DNA of 64,000 bases from an uncultured Gammaproteobacteria bacterium (GTDB lineage Bacteria > Pseudomonadota > Gammaproteobacteria > DRLM01), in assembly GCA_963729605.1 (NCBI GenBank), contig CAVSNY010000007.1:1312001-1376000 (forward strand), given 5' to 3'. Below the pieces are notes generated by a model. It was given only the letters and a program-made list of their open reading frames with translations, ran no database searches and was not told the origin of the DNA. Shown here piece by piece: positions 1 to 10,063 of the stretch. Every line of letters starts with the position of its first letter. The stretch's first letter is position 1. A program made the position numbers and the translations under genes.

Positions 1-1
1 C

Positions 2-235
2 AACTTGGCCGATACCGCGCGAATCGAAACGGCGGTGTCGCGTCCGACTCAACAGCAGTCCGGTCATTTCGAACAGATCCGCCCGCGCTATCCATGGAGC
101 CTGGCCATCCCCGTCATGGATCACTACATTGAAACCATGCCCATTATGCGCAGTATCGCCGCCGAACCGACCGGTATCGAGGAGCTAGAAGTGGGAAACA
201 CCTTCATAATAAACGCAGAACGCAACCATGGCTAA
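2..235 (+). CDS. C-terminal fragment of eCIS baseplate protein (Afp11/baseplate J-like), truncated by window edge
   Basis: Frame open from the window start. The ending IRPRYPWSLAIP...H.I...TGIEELEVGNTFII resembles eCIS baseplate C-termini. Overlaps the next eCIS gene. Confidence 0.55.
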   Translation, partial: NLADTARIETAVSRPTQQQSGHFEQIRPRYPWSLAIPVMDHYIETMPIMRSIAAEPTGIEELEVGNTFIINAERNHG

Positions 236-1004
236 ACGTAATCGCGATACGCTCAAGCATTTTTTCAGCAAGGGTTCGTTGCCTTCCGAAGATCAATTCC
301 ATGACTTGATCGATTCGGCGGTGAACCAGATCGATGAAGGTTTCGACAAATCGCCGGACCACGGCCTGGAAATCACACCATTGGGCAGCCGTGACGGCTT
401 GATCAGTTTTTTCAGAAACCAGGATCCCGAAAAACCGATCTGGTCGATAAATTACGGCGGGACCAACGATGGCCTGATTTTTAATAATCAGGCCAATAAA
501 ACCGCACCGCTGACCTTGGGTTCCGACGGCAAAGTCGGCATCGATAACCGGCTGCCGAAATGGAGTCTCGATGTAAACGGCGTGGTCGCCGCCAAGGGAC
601 GGATAGGCGTCTACAAACAAGGCCTGGTTCCGGCCGACGGCAAGTGGCATGACCTTACCGATGAACTCAGCGGCGTGCATGCGTTCGAGATCATCGCCGG
701 AGCGGGTAAGAAAAAAACCGGACGTTATGCGCTAATTCACGCCTTCGCCTTGAACTGCTTCAATCCGCTGGGCTGGTTTTTCAATTTTCTCAACCGGAAA
801 AAGGCCATCGATTGCCGGCAGGCTTATTATCGTTCCATGAGTGACAAATTAAAATTGCGTTGGCGCGGCGATAATAAAAAATATTACTTGCAAGTGAAAT
901 CGAATAGCGATTACGGCGATGATGTGCAAATCCGCTACTACCTTACCCAGCTCTGGTTCGACGAGGACATGTCAGAGTCCTGGCAGGATGTAGGAAGAAA
1001 ATGA
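228..1004 (+). CDS. eCIS tail-fibre/adhesin-like protein
   Basis: N-terminal RNRDTLKHFFSKGSLPSEDQFHDLIDS motif typical of eCIS fibre shoulder domains; GKVGI...P...LDVNG shaft motif; lies between baseplate genes. Confidence 0.65.
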   Translation: MAKRNRDTLKHFFSKGSLPSEDQFHDLIDSAVNQIDEGFDKSPDHGLEITPLGSRDGLISFFRNQDPEKPIWSINYGGTNDGLIFNNQANKTAPLTLGSDGKVGIDNRLPKWSLDVNGVVAAKGRIGVYKQGLVPADGKWHDLTDELSGVHAFEIIAGAGKKKTGRYALIHAFALNCFNPLGWFFNFLNRKKAIDCRQAYYRSMSDKLKLRWRGDNKKYYLQVKSNSDYGDDVQIRYYLTQLWFDEDMSESWQDVGRK

Positions 1005-1075
1005 AGTGTCATTAGCGGTGATGAAGGGATTATTCCAGAGATGATGTAGCGGTCTTATAAAATTCGGGAATAGCC

Positions 1076-3550
1076 ATGGCTGAAAGTTTGACAATAGATA
1101 AAAAAGATCGTCGCGACGACGACATCCATTTTGCGGCGCTCAAAAAGGATGGAATAAAATACATTCAGCAATTGTCAGGAAAGAACTGGACGGACTATAA
1201 CATCCATGATCCTGGCGTCACGATACTCGAGCAGCTTTGTTATGCCCTCACCGATTTGGCATATCGCGCTGATTTTAGCGTTGAAGACCATCTTAGCGAT
1301 GAGAAAGGCCGGATTGATTGTGCTCGGCAGGCGCTTTACCCGCCGGAGAAAATATTGTCGGCCAGGCCGACGACCATCAGCGACTATCGTAAAGTTATTT
1401 TCGATACCGTGCGTGAGTTGGATAACGTATGGTTGATTCCTCTTCAAGATCCAGACTGCAACGGCCTATATCGAGTCATGTTGAGGATTAAAGAGGAAGT
1501 CGCCGCGGAAAACGTCAAAGACGTAATTGACAAAGTACGTATGGTCTATGAAAAAAATAGAAACTTATGCGAAGACATAGACGATATTATTCTTGTTAAA
1601 GACGTGACTTGTGAATTGCATGCCCAGATCGAAATTAACGATGTAGATGCGGCGGCTGATATTCTGGCCAGAATATATTACGAAGTCGCCAAACACATTA
1701 CAGCGGGGATGCGTTTCCATCCGTATGAAAATCTTCTGAGATCGGGAGTAAGTCTTGATGAGATATTGGAAGGCCCTTTCTGTCGCCATGGCTACATTAA
1801 AGAGAACGAATTGGGCGATGTCACGCAAGATATTCTGATCAGCGACCTATTCTCTATCATCAAAGCGATAGAGGGCGTTGACCGGATTAAAAGTCTTTAT
1901 GTAGAGCAGGATGGAAAAATATATGATTCTAGCTTGCGCAGCCCAGGGCCTGACACCGCATTGCGGCTTCATATTCCGAATAACAAGGAAGATATCAATA
2001 TATCGGTCTTTAAAGATGGTCGGCTGGTGCCAGTCTCCATTAAAGAATTCAGGGCGCGTTATGATGAAATAAATTTTTCCCGGCAGACGCGCATTCATTC
2101 TCTCGAGGATGTGTCTTCGCTTTATCCGCCACCTCATGGGCAATATCGCGACTTGCGTGCTTATTCAAGCATGCAGAACGATTTTCCGGCGATCTATGGC
2201 ATAAATCGTTATGGCGTGCCGACGTCGGATTCGTTGGAAAGTAAAGCGCGTTCCCGCCAATTGAAATCTTATCTTGTTATGTTCGAACAATTTCTGGTTA
2301 ATCATGGAGCCTGCCTCCATGAACTACGAGATTTGTTTTCAACGGAAATAGGTTCAGTTAGCACTTATGCTTATGATGTCCTGAGGAGCGAGCAGATCGG
2401 GGATTTGGATGCGGTTTATCCAGAAAACGCGGCCGCATTGATCAATGAAGTTCTGAAAAAATACGATAATTACGTGGATAGGAAAGGACGTCTTCTTGAT
2501 TATCTCTTGGCCTTGTATGGCGAGTCTTTTTCTCAGCAGGCCATTACTCACTTCAACTATTACTATACCTCTTCTGAGTTGAAGAAGGAGATCATAAGAA
2601 ATAAAGCCGAATTCTTAATACAGATTCTAGAATTGGGAAAGGAAAAAGCCGCCGCGTTTAATTATCATCATTTTTCCTGCAACCAATCGAATATGGCTGG
2701 TCTGCAGCGGAAGCTCTGTATTATGCTGGGTTTTAAACGGCGAAAAAATATTTCACTTACCATGGGCATGGTCAGGCGCGGATTGAAATTAATTCCCGAT
2801 GAAGAATCAAAACAATTTAATGAAGTCAATTGGAATATCAAATTCACTGACATGGATGACATCGATAAATATATAAGAAAAAATTTTGAGTATGTGAGTC
2901 CAACTGAGAAGGAAGGGAAAGTCGACTATAAAAAGACACGGAAATATCTTTGTAATATTTCATTTTTTAAAAACCATGTCGTAAATGAATCTTTGTTAAC
3001 CGATGGAATATATCTAGACACCTATAAAGTTGCACAATTGACGTCAGATGGCGGATATCAGCTAGTTTTCCAACCAAGACAAAGCAAGGATGTATGGTAT
3101 TTAGGGACGTATCGGGATCAATACAATGCGGCAGATGCAGCGAACGCCTTGCAAAAATTCTTAATACAGCTAAATAGAGAAAGCGAAGGATTGTATCTTG
3201 TTGAACATATATTATTGAGGCCCGGTTTTAAAAAAAATCACGATGACTTAAATTTAAACGATGACGAAAATTTCTATTCCTTTAGGCTTAGCATCCTATT
3301 TCCTTCTTGGAGCGCGCGGTGCCAAAACCATGATTTTCGATTTCTGTCCGAGGAAATGATACGTAAGGAATGTCCCGCCCATCTTTCCCCTGATATTTAT
3401 TGGCTGAATTTTTTTGAATTTACTCATTTTGAACATCTTTATAGACAATGGCTGAAACTAAAATGCGGTCATCGTCGTAATGGAAGCGACCTCGATATGG
3501 CGTCTAAAAAACTTATCCAATTTTTATTAAATCACCGGGTTGCCAAGTGA
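1076..3550 (+). CDS. eCIS baseplate wedge protein (Afp12/Pvc12-like)
   Basis: GIKYIQQLSGKNWTDYNIHDPGVTILEQLCYALTDLAYR, NRNLCED and C-terminal EGLYLVEHILLRP...ECPAHL motifs. Confidence 0.85.
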   Translation: MAESLTIDKKDRRDDDIHFAALKKDGIKYIQQLSGKNWTDYNIHDPGVTILEQLCYALTDLAYRADFSVEDHLSDEKGRIDCARQALYPPEKILSARPTTISDYRKVIFDTVRELDNVWLIPLQDPDCNGLYRVMLRIKEEVAAENVKDVIDKVRMVYEKNRNLCEDIDDIILVKDVTCELHAQIEINDVDAAADILARIYYEVAKHITAGMRFHPYENLLRSGVSLDEILEGPFCRHGYIKENELGDVTQDILISDLFSIIKAIEGVDRIKSLYVEQDGKIYDSSLRSPGPDTALRLHIPNNKEDINISVFKDGRLVPVSIKEFRARYDEINFSRQTRIHSLEDVSSLYPPPHGQYRDLRAYSSMQNDFPAIYGINRYGVPTSDSLESKARSRQLKSYLVMFEQFLVNHGACLHELRDLFSTEIGSVSTYAYDVLRSEQIGDLDAVYPENAAALINEVLKKYDNYVDRKGRLLDYLLALYGESFSQQAITHFNYYYTSSELKKEIIRNKAEFLIQILELGKEKAAAFNYHHFSCNQSNMAGLQRKLCIMLGFKRRKNISLTMGMVRRGLKLIPDEESKQFNEVNWNIKFTDMDDIDKYIRKNFEYVSPTEKEGKVDYKKTRKYLCNISFFKNHVVNESLLTDGIYLDTYKVAQLTSDGGYQLVFQPRQSKDVWYLGTYRDQYNAADAANALQKFLIQLNRESEGLYLVEHILLRPGFKKNHDDLNLNDDENFYSFRLSILFPSWSARCQNHDFRFLSEEMIRKECPAHLSPDIYWLNFFEFTHFEHLYRQWLKLKCGHRRNGSDLDMASKKLIQFLLNHRVAK

Positions 3551-3556
3551 AATTTT

Positions 3557-6500
3557 ATGTTTCCCAGCATAAAAAATAGGCATGTAATAGAAAAGACGGC
3601 GTTCGAAGTGGCTTATGGCAGCGAAGAGGATGCATTCGCTCAGCATGCGGCTTTAGATGAACTGGTTAAGCGGCGTTTGATAAAGACTGTCGAACAGGTT
3701 TTCGACGAAGTCTCCGATTCGACGAATGTAATACAACTGGGGAGTCTGGAGATAGATCTTGGAATTGTAAATTACGCATCTTATGCGGATGAGATGGATG
3801 AGCGTCTCAGGGAAAGGCTGCGGGAATTATTCCGGAAAAAAATGCGGGTGGAACAAGTAGGCAACTCGCAGACTATCGGTATCCTAAGTGAGGAAAAATC
3901 CGATCTAGTTAAGATGAAGTATTACCTTATTAAGGGTTGTCTTCCATGGAATGCCGAAGCTCTTGATGGTCAGGTGCACGTCGGCCTTCTGGAGCGAATT
4001 CTTAAAAACAGTGCGAAAGATTTTTTAGTATTCCTTAAAAAGACGGAATGCCGGGATATCATTATCAGCCGCTTAGTTCAGCAATTCCCCGGAAAATTCA
4101 TGAAAGAATTGTTTGGCCTTATTACAAACCATCAAGAACCCGACCTTGCTGAATTAGTAGTGCATCTTCAGCGCATTCTCGTCAATTCTACAGTGTTTAA
4201 AAATATGGAGAAGGAAAAAATATCTAATTTTTTCTGGGAAAAGCTATTTGATGCGTTGCTGAGAAAACATTCGTCAGTTAATTCCGATGGAATCCTGGCC
4301 GGCATTATAAAAGCGATTGAATTGATTTCTTATAAAACAGGGGAGAAGTTTTATCGAGTGTTGATGAATGAGATTTTTATATTCATGGAAAATACAGGGC
4401 GAAAAAACAATCTTGATTATATTCGTAAACGATTATCAAGCGCGCCTGATGTCGCAGAAACGAGTTCTCATTCTAATATTGTTTCAGAAATAGCCCAAAA
4501 TAATTTGATGAATATCAATGAAGAAATAGCGGTAAAAAATAATGAATATAATAAATTCCTGCCGAGTATCTCATTTAAAAAGCAGCCGATTAATTATTAC
4601 GGGGAAGGGTGCAACCAAAATAAATTTATATTAATATCTGACGCCAATAAGTTTAATAATATTCCATATATCGGTCAGTCCATACAAGGATTTCCAAGTC
4701 ATAGAATATTAAAAAATTGTAAAAAAAATGACGAGGAATTTTTTGAAGAATCAACCCTCTCTGAAAATTCGGCTGCATGGAATCCTAGTATATTTTCATG
4801 GAGGAAAGAAGAATTTTATAGTTTATCTAAATCACTCCTCGAATCGGAAAATAAAATAGCGGAGAATAATAAAGGTCAAGAATTAAACGACGAAGATATT
4901 CTGAGAGCTTGTGAAATTTATGAATATATACTCCAGAGATTATTTTCAATAAAGGTCGATAATACACATTTAAAATGTTTTGCGTCATTGATTGATGAGC
5001 TTGCCAAAATTTCGGCGGCGCACGTTTTAAAATTGTATAGAGAATTTCAAGTAGAAAAACCATCGGCATCGCAATTGGAGTGCCGGCTTTCTTCTCAAGA
5101 TTTGCGTCGTCTTATAGAAGTCTTTGTTGATCTTGGCCAACAGCAGGATATAAAAGCATCCTCTGCGTTGTTGTATAACATAAATTATTATGCGGATAAG
5201 ACGATTGATGTTAACAGATTTTACGCAAAAATTATTGAGAGAATTTCACGAAATGTGTCTATAGATTTCGATGAAATAATTTGTGAAAAATCTTTTTTAA
5301 ATAAAGAAGAATATATATTCATTACTCAGGATCATGTTTTAAATAATCATGATATTTCAAAAATATCTAATGTAGGTGATGAATCGAAAAATAATCAAAA
5401 TTTAATTGATGATCTGGATTTACTATTTACAGCCGACGATATGCGATCGGCGATCAGGTTCTTCATTGTAAGCGCAGGCTATGAAGGGTCTTCATCTTAT
5501 TCGTTTATATCTAAGATTGAGCATTACTCAGCCCTTGTCATTAATAAAAAGAAATATTATGGAAGAATATTAGAGTGTGTACTTTTAAAAAAGTATATTA
5601 ATTTTAAAAAAATACTTGAATTTTCTTCTGAGAAAATCAATTTAAATTTCGACGATAAAAAACATGATTTTTGCGCATTGAGTCATAATTTTTATTATAA
5701 ATATGCTCAGGCCGTGTCATTGCTTGGAGTGTCTCCCCAAGGCAAAATCGTGCCGTTAGAAAACCAGTCTTCAGGTGATCAATATTTAATCGGATCTAAT
5801 GCTTTTACGCCAGAATGGCGTTCAATGGATCGCCCTACAAAGAAGGGTTCTATTGACGAGATCACTAAAAAAAATATTCGTGGTAATTTTGATAAATCCA
5901 AAAAAAATATAAAAAAAACAATAAAAATATATTATGGAAACAAATCCAAACCAATAAAATTAGAGGGGTACTTGGATGGGGTCGGCGTCGATACGTTGCA
6001 AGTGATAATGCATCGTGCCCCACCATCCTTGAACTTATCGAATTATAAGTTTTTTCAAAAAAAGTCGAGTATAGATAGACATTTTTATAATAGTGATGGT
6101 GGTAATCAGATTCAGCTCATATTTTCTCAAGCCGGCTACAGTAAATATTTAGAGTTGACGCATCGTTATTATAAGTTTTTTGAAAATGACAGGGAATTCT
6201 TTATAGAAGGTCGCTTGATCACAGATAAATTTTATAAGGGAGGTGATGGAGATATCAACACGATTCATTTAAAAAAGCGAGTTAATGAACGCTTGTCTGT
6301 CCAGCCTGTTAATAAATGTATATTAAATTATTTTTTAAAAGTACGAAATTCTAAAATCGGTGTTATAAAAAATGCATATGAGTTTCTTAGCCTGTTCCCC
6401 GTCCATAAAAAAACTATCCTAAATAAACTTGTTGATAACAAATCAAACCAGAGTATTGCCGAAACATCAGGTTTGATCGCTTTGAGTCGGAAGTACATTA

Positions 6501-8635
6501 GTGGCGGTTTTCCAGAAGATTTATCAGAAATCGTCGTTTGCACGCCATCAAGTATAAATTATGACACAAAGAAACATCGCCTTGCATGGCCAAAACTATT
6601 CTTAGTCGAAAATATTATTTCTACTTGCTGGTATGTCGGAAATGATGATGGCATAGTTTTCGAATTTGAAGATATAACTAGTGATGAAATATTTACGGCA
6701 ATTAAAGGTCCTGAAGTTAGTTATTTGATAGAAAATAAATTTGGTATTTATTCCACGCAAGATAAATTGTCAGAGTCACTTTTTCGGGAGTCATTTGAGG
6801 TTTCTGAACCATCGGTAGCGCATGGAGAGAATGCGATATTTTCAGCGCTACCCAATAATGATTTTTCCGGAGTGTCCATCCTTTTAACCGATATTGATAA
6901 TGATACGTCTGACAAGTTTGGTGGCGCATCTATTGTTGCTTCTGCTCATTATTTAAAAGATGCATCTAAGATAAAATATGAAAATATCGATCGGGAATCC
7001 AAAAATGGACCGGATTACGTTTTTAATAATAGATTAAATATAGAATTTCATCGTCATGTCGAGAGCGATTCAGCGTTCGTTGAAAAAAACATGCCGGGTA
7101 TGTGTAATGTGATATGGCGGATTAATAAAAAAATCGACGATGGGAAAAGCGTTTCTGCATATCTTGTAGATCTTTATGAAGTCATATCAGATAAAAAACC
7201 AGTTACGATTCCCTTTGATAGTCTGTCATATTGTTTCTATAAAATTAGAAACAAATGTCTTTCGAGTATGGATAATGTTATTTTTTCATTGGGTAATAGA
7301 AAAATTAATTTTGAATTTTCATCCAAAAAAATTGATGTGAAAATCAATGATTATTCAAATAATAAAAATTCGGTATCTGAAGTAAAAATAAATGAAATAT
7401 TTCAGTATATTTTTCCTGTCCATGCCAAAAATAATTATTTTGATTTGAATTATACTCCGCGGAATGTCGATAGTGAGATGTGGGAGGAAGCGGAAACTAT
7501 TTGTGATAAATTCTCATCAATTATTAAAAAATCCGTCGAATCAAGCGCGGAATTTAATGAAGACGCAACCCCTGGCCAACTGATCCGCGTAATGGATTAT
7601 ATCTTGTCCACTCAGTCGAGGCGGCTTTTTAAGACGTTGCCGCCACGGCTGAGAAATAGGCGTATTTGCGAAAGACTAATTGAAGTGTTGCCCGAACGAC
7701 AGTTGACGAGAATTCTTCTGTTGTTAAAAGCTGAAGAATATCGCCATGTTCAGCTCAGTGCGGATATGATTGTTCAGGCCTGTTATGGTTATAGGCCGGG
7801 CATTAAATTTCCCCAATTAAATTCTTTGAAATGGCGCTTTATATTTTGTTATTTATTCGAGGAAAGTAGATCCTTTGATGAAGAATTGTTTGTGGTTGGC
7901 TTAACCGACTATTTGTCTAAAAAAATAAGTTATGAATCGAATGAGAAATTTCGCTCAGGGCTTTGTCAACGCTTGGCGATGAATATTTTGCCATCCACTC
8001 GTGATCTAAGTTTGAGATTTATTAAAATATTGAGCGCTACGGTTCAGCCGGTAAATGATTTTTCTGAGAATTTTGACGTCTCTCGGTCCGTTATTTTGCC
8101 AAATAAAAAAAATAAACCATTATTCCAATCTTCTGAGCAGATATATATCGCCAATGCCGGACAGGTGTTGGTTGCACCTTATCTCACCAGATTGTTCCGC
8201 ATTCTCAATCTTATGGATCAATCCGTTTTCAGGGATCGAATAGCAGCCGAGCGTGCTGTTCATTTATTGCAATTTATGGTGAATGAACGTGTTGATGCCC
8301 CAGAACATCAGCTTGTTCTTAACAAAATACTATGCGGCATCGATCCTGGATTGCCCATAAAAAAAGAAATTCAAATTTACGACCATGAAATAGAGTTGGT
8401 GGAAAGTCTTTTGCAGGCGGTGATAAAAGCGTGGAGTGGTATTGGGAACACGTCGATTTCTGGTCTGCGCGAAATATTCTTTCAGCGGCAGGGTAGGTTG
8501 TATCTAAAGGGCGATGCCTGGCAGTTGCAGGTTGAGAAGAAATCATTTGACATGCTTTTAGACAAGATTCCATGGAATTACTCGGTAATTAAGCTGCCGT
8601 GGATGGAGCGGGTGATTTATGTTGATTGGCGATAA
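3557..8635 (+). CDS. Contractile injection system tape measure protein (Afp14-like), 1692 aa
   Basis: N-terminal LEIDLG and YYLIKGCLPW; conserved C-terminal domain IANAGQVL...LNKILCG...GLREIFFQRQGRL...FDMLLDKIPW..S.IKLPWM; directly upstream of the ATPase. Confidence 0.85.
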   Translation: MFPSIKNRHVIEKTAFEVAYGSEEDAFAQHAALDELVKRRLIKTVEQVFDEVSDSTNVIQLGSLEIDLGIVNYASYADEMDERLRERLRELFRKKMRVEQVGNSQTIGILSEEKSDLVKMKYYLIKGCLPWNAEALDGQVHVGLLERILKNSAKDFLVFLKKTECRDIIISRLVQQFPGKFMKELFGLITNHQEPDLAELVVHLQRILVNSTVFKNMEKEKISNFFWEKLFDALLRKHSSVNSDGILAGIIKAIELISYKTGEKFYRVLMNEIFIFMENTGRKNNLDYIRKRLSSAPDVAETSSHSNIVSEIAQNNLMNINEEIAVKNNEYNKFLPSISFKKQPINYYGEGCNQNKFILISDANKFNNIPYIGQSIQGFPSHRILKNCKKNDEEFFEESTLSENSAAWNPSIFSWRKEEFYSLSKSLLESENKIAENNKGQELNDEDILRACEIYEYILQRLFSIKVDNTHLKCFASLIDELAKISAAHVLKLYREFQVEKPSASQLECRLSSQDLRRLIEVFVDLGQQQDIKASSALLYNINYYADKTIDVNRFYAKIIERISRNVSIDFDEIICEKSFLNKEEYIFITQDHVLNNHDISKISNVGDESKNNQNLIDDLDLLFTADDMRSAIRFFIVSAGYEGSSSYSFISKIEHYSALVINKKKYYGRILECVLLKKYINFKKILEFSSEKINLNFDDKKHDFCALSHNFYYKYAQAVSLLGVSPQGKIVPLENQSSGDQYLIGSNAFTPEWRSMDRPTKKGSIDEITKKNIRGNFDKSKKNIKKTIKIYYGNKSKPIKLEGYLDGVGVDTLQVIMHRAPPSLNLSNYKFFQKKSSIDRHFYNSDGGNQIQLIFSQAGYSKYLELTHRYYKFFENDREFFIEGRLITDKFYKGGDGDINTIHLKKRVNERLSVQPVNKCILNYFLKVRNSKIGVIKNAYEFLSLFPVHKKTILNKLVDNKSNQSIAETSGLIALSRKYISGGFPEDLSEIVVCTPSSINYDTKKHRLAWPKLFLVENIISTCWYVGNDDGIVFEFEDITSDEIFTAIKGPEVSYLIENKFGIYSTQDKLSESLFRESFEVSEPSVAHGENAIFSALPNNDFSGVSILLTDIDNDTSDKFGGASIVASAHYLKDASKIKYENIDRESKNGPDYVFNNRLNIEFHRHVESDSAFVEKNMPGMCNVIWRINKKIDDGKSVSAYLVDLYEVISDKKPVTIPFDSLSYCFYKIRNKCLSSMDNVIFSLGNRKINFEFSSKKIDVKINDYSNNKNSVSEVKINEIFQYIFPVHAKNNYFDLNYTPRNVDSEMWEEAETICDKFSSIIKKSVESSAEFNEDATPGQLIRVMDYILSTQSRRLFKTLPPRLRNRRICERLIEVLPERQLTRILLLLKAEEYRHVQLSADMIVQACYGYRPGIKFPQLNSLKWRFIFCYLFEESRSFDEELFVVGLTDYLSKKISYESNEKFRSGLCQRLAMNILPSTRDLSLRFIKILSATVQPVNDFSENFDVSRSVILPNKKNKPLFQSSEQIYIANAGQVLVAPYLTRLFRILNLMDQSVFRDRIAAERAVHLLQFMVNERVDAPEHQLVLNKILCGIDPGLPIKKEIQIYDHEIELVESLLQAVIKAWSGIGNTSISGLREIFFQRQGRLYLKGDAWQLQVEKKSFDMLLDKIPWNYSVIKLPWMERVIYVDWR

Positions 8636-8639
8636 TCAC

Positions 8640-9986
8640 ATGGCGGGTAATAATGTGAACGCAGCATTTTTTGAGAAAGAAATAGCTTGGTTCTCTACAG
8701 TGCTGGAAACACGTATTAGTCTCTATTTTGAACAAGATTGTCCATATCACAGCATTTATGAACTCGTTCCCCCCGCGGTGGAAGGAGACGCTTCGGAGTA
8801 TGCAAAACTAGTAAGAAAATACGATATCGATTTCGATGAGCGTATCGTACTCATCCTGGCGCTATTGCCCCACATACGCCCTCAAGCGCTGGATACATTT
8901 TTCATTCAGAATAAAAACTTTGATAGGAATTTTACCGAGTTCGGCGGCTGGAAAGCTAAAAATCATGGTGGATTCTTGCCTACTTGTGAAACGGCGGCTT
9001 TTATTCTGGCAGGTACCGATTTGGCGAAACGTTTCGAAATTATAAGGCTATTCGAACGTGAGCATTTTTTTGCACGGAAAGATATTTTAAAAGTTGAACA
9101 TCCTGGTAATAACGAATCTTTTTTTAGTAGCGCCTTGCTTATTACCGCCGAGTATATAAATCGTTTTACCTCCGGAATCTATCATAAGCCCGATTACAGC
9201 ATTCACTTTCCAGCCAAACTCATTACTACCCAACTGAGCTGGGATGACTTGGTTCTGGCGCCTGAAGTGCTCGATGAAATCGAGGATATCATGGCGTGGT
9301 TGAAGCATTCCGGGACCATTCTGCAAGATTGGAATTTGGCGAAGGCGATTAAGCCGGGATACCGCAGCCTTTTTCATGGGCCGCCGGGTACGGGCAAGAC
9401 TCTAACCGCGACACTTATCGGTGCCTCCGCGGGTGTCGACGTTTATCGCATCGATCTTTCCATGGTGGTCTCCAAATATATAGGCGAGACTGAAAAGAAT
9501 CTGGCCAACGTCTTCGATCAAGCTCAGCACAAGAATTGGATATTATTTTTCGATGAAGCCGATGCCTTATTCGGAAAACGGACCCAGACTTCCAGCGCCA
9601 ACGATAGGTATGCCAATCAGGAAATTTCTTATCTGCTGCAACGTATCGAGGATTTTCCTGGCGTGGTTATTCTGGCTACCAATCTCAAGGCCAATATCGA
9701 TGAAGCATTCGCGCGTCGTTTTCAGACAGTGGTCTATTTTCCATTGCCGGATCCCGAGCAGCGGCTGCGTTTGTGGCGGGGGATATTAAATGGGAAACAG
9801 CGGCTCGCCGCGAATGTTGATTTAGAAAGTCTGGCCGAGGATCATGAATTATCCGGTGGCGCGATTATTAATGTGGTGCGTTACGGCGCCATTAGCGCGT
9901 TGAAAAAATCGGAAAATCTAATTACCTATGACGCCCTTTTGAAGGGAATAACCCGTGAGCTGATGAAGGAGGGGCGTACCCTCTAA
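8640..9986 (+). CDS. eCIS AAA+ ATPase (Afp15/Pvc15-like)
   Basis: Walker A GPPGTGKT, VVSKYIGETEKNL, Walker B ILFFDEAD, YANQEISYLLQRIE. ATG at 8640 preferred over 8619 because it avoids overlap. Confidence 0.9.
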   Translation: MAGNNVNAAFFEKEIAWFSTVLETRISLYFEQDCPYHSIYELVPPAVEGDASEYAKLVRKYDIDFDERIVLILALLPHIRPQALDTFFIQNKNFDRNFTEFGGWKAKNHGGFLPTCETAAFILAGTDLAKRFEIIRLFEREHFFARKDILKVEHPGNNESFFSSALLITAEYINRFTSGIYHKPDYSIHFPAKLITTQLSWDDLVLAPEVLDEIEDIMAWLKHSGTILQDWNLAKAIKPGYRSLFHGPPGTGKTLTATLIGASAGVDVYRIDLSMVVSKYIGETEKNLANVFDQAQHKNWILFFDEADALFGKRTQTSSANDRYANQEISYLLQRIEDFPGVVILATNLKANIDEAFARRFQTVVYFPLPDPEQRLRLWRGILNGKQRLAANVDLESLAEDHELSGGAIINVVRYGAISALKKSENLITYDALLKGITRELMKEGRTL

Positions 9987-10063
9987 AGTTGAATGTTGGA
10001 CGCCTAGTTTTTTCATTTTTCATGGAATGAATGATCTCGCGATATTAAGGATAAAGATATCAA

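Noticed and set aside
1-9986. Canonical T6SS or prophage tail
   Set aside because: No TssJLM, ClpV or capsid genes in view; the CIS-type tape measure plus Afp15-type ATPase indicate eCIS.
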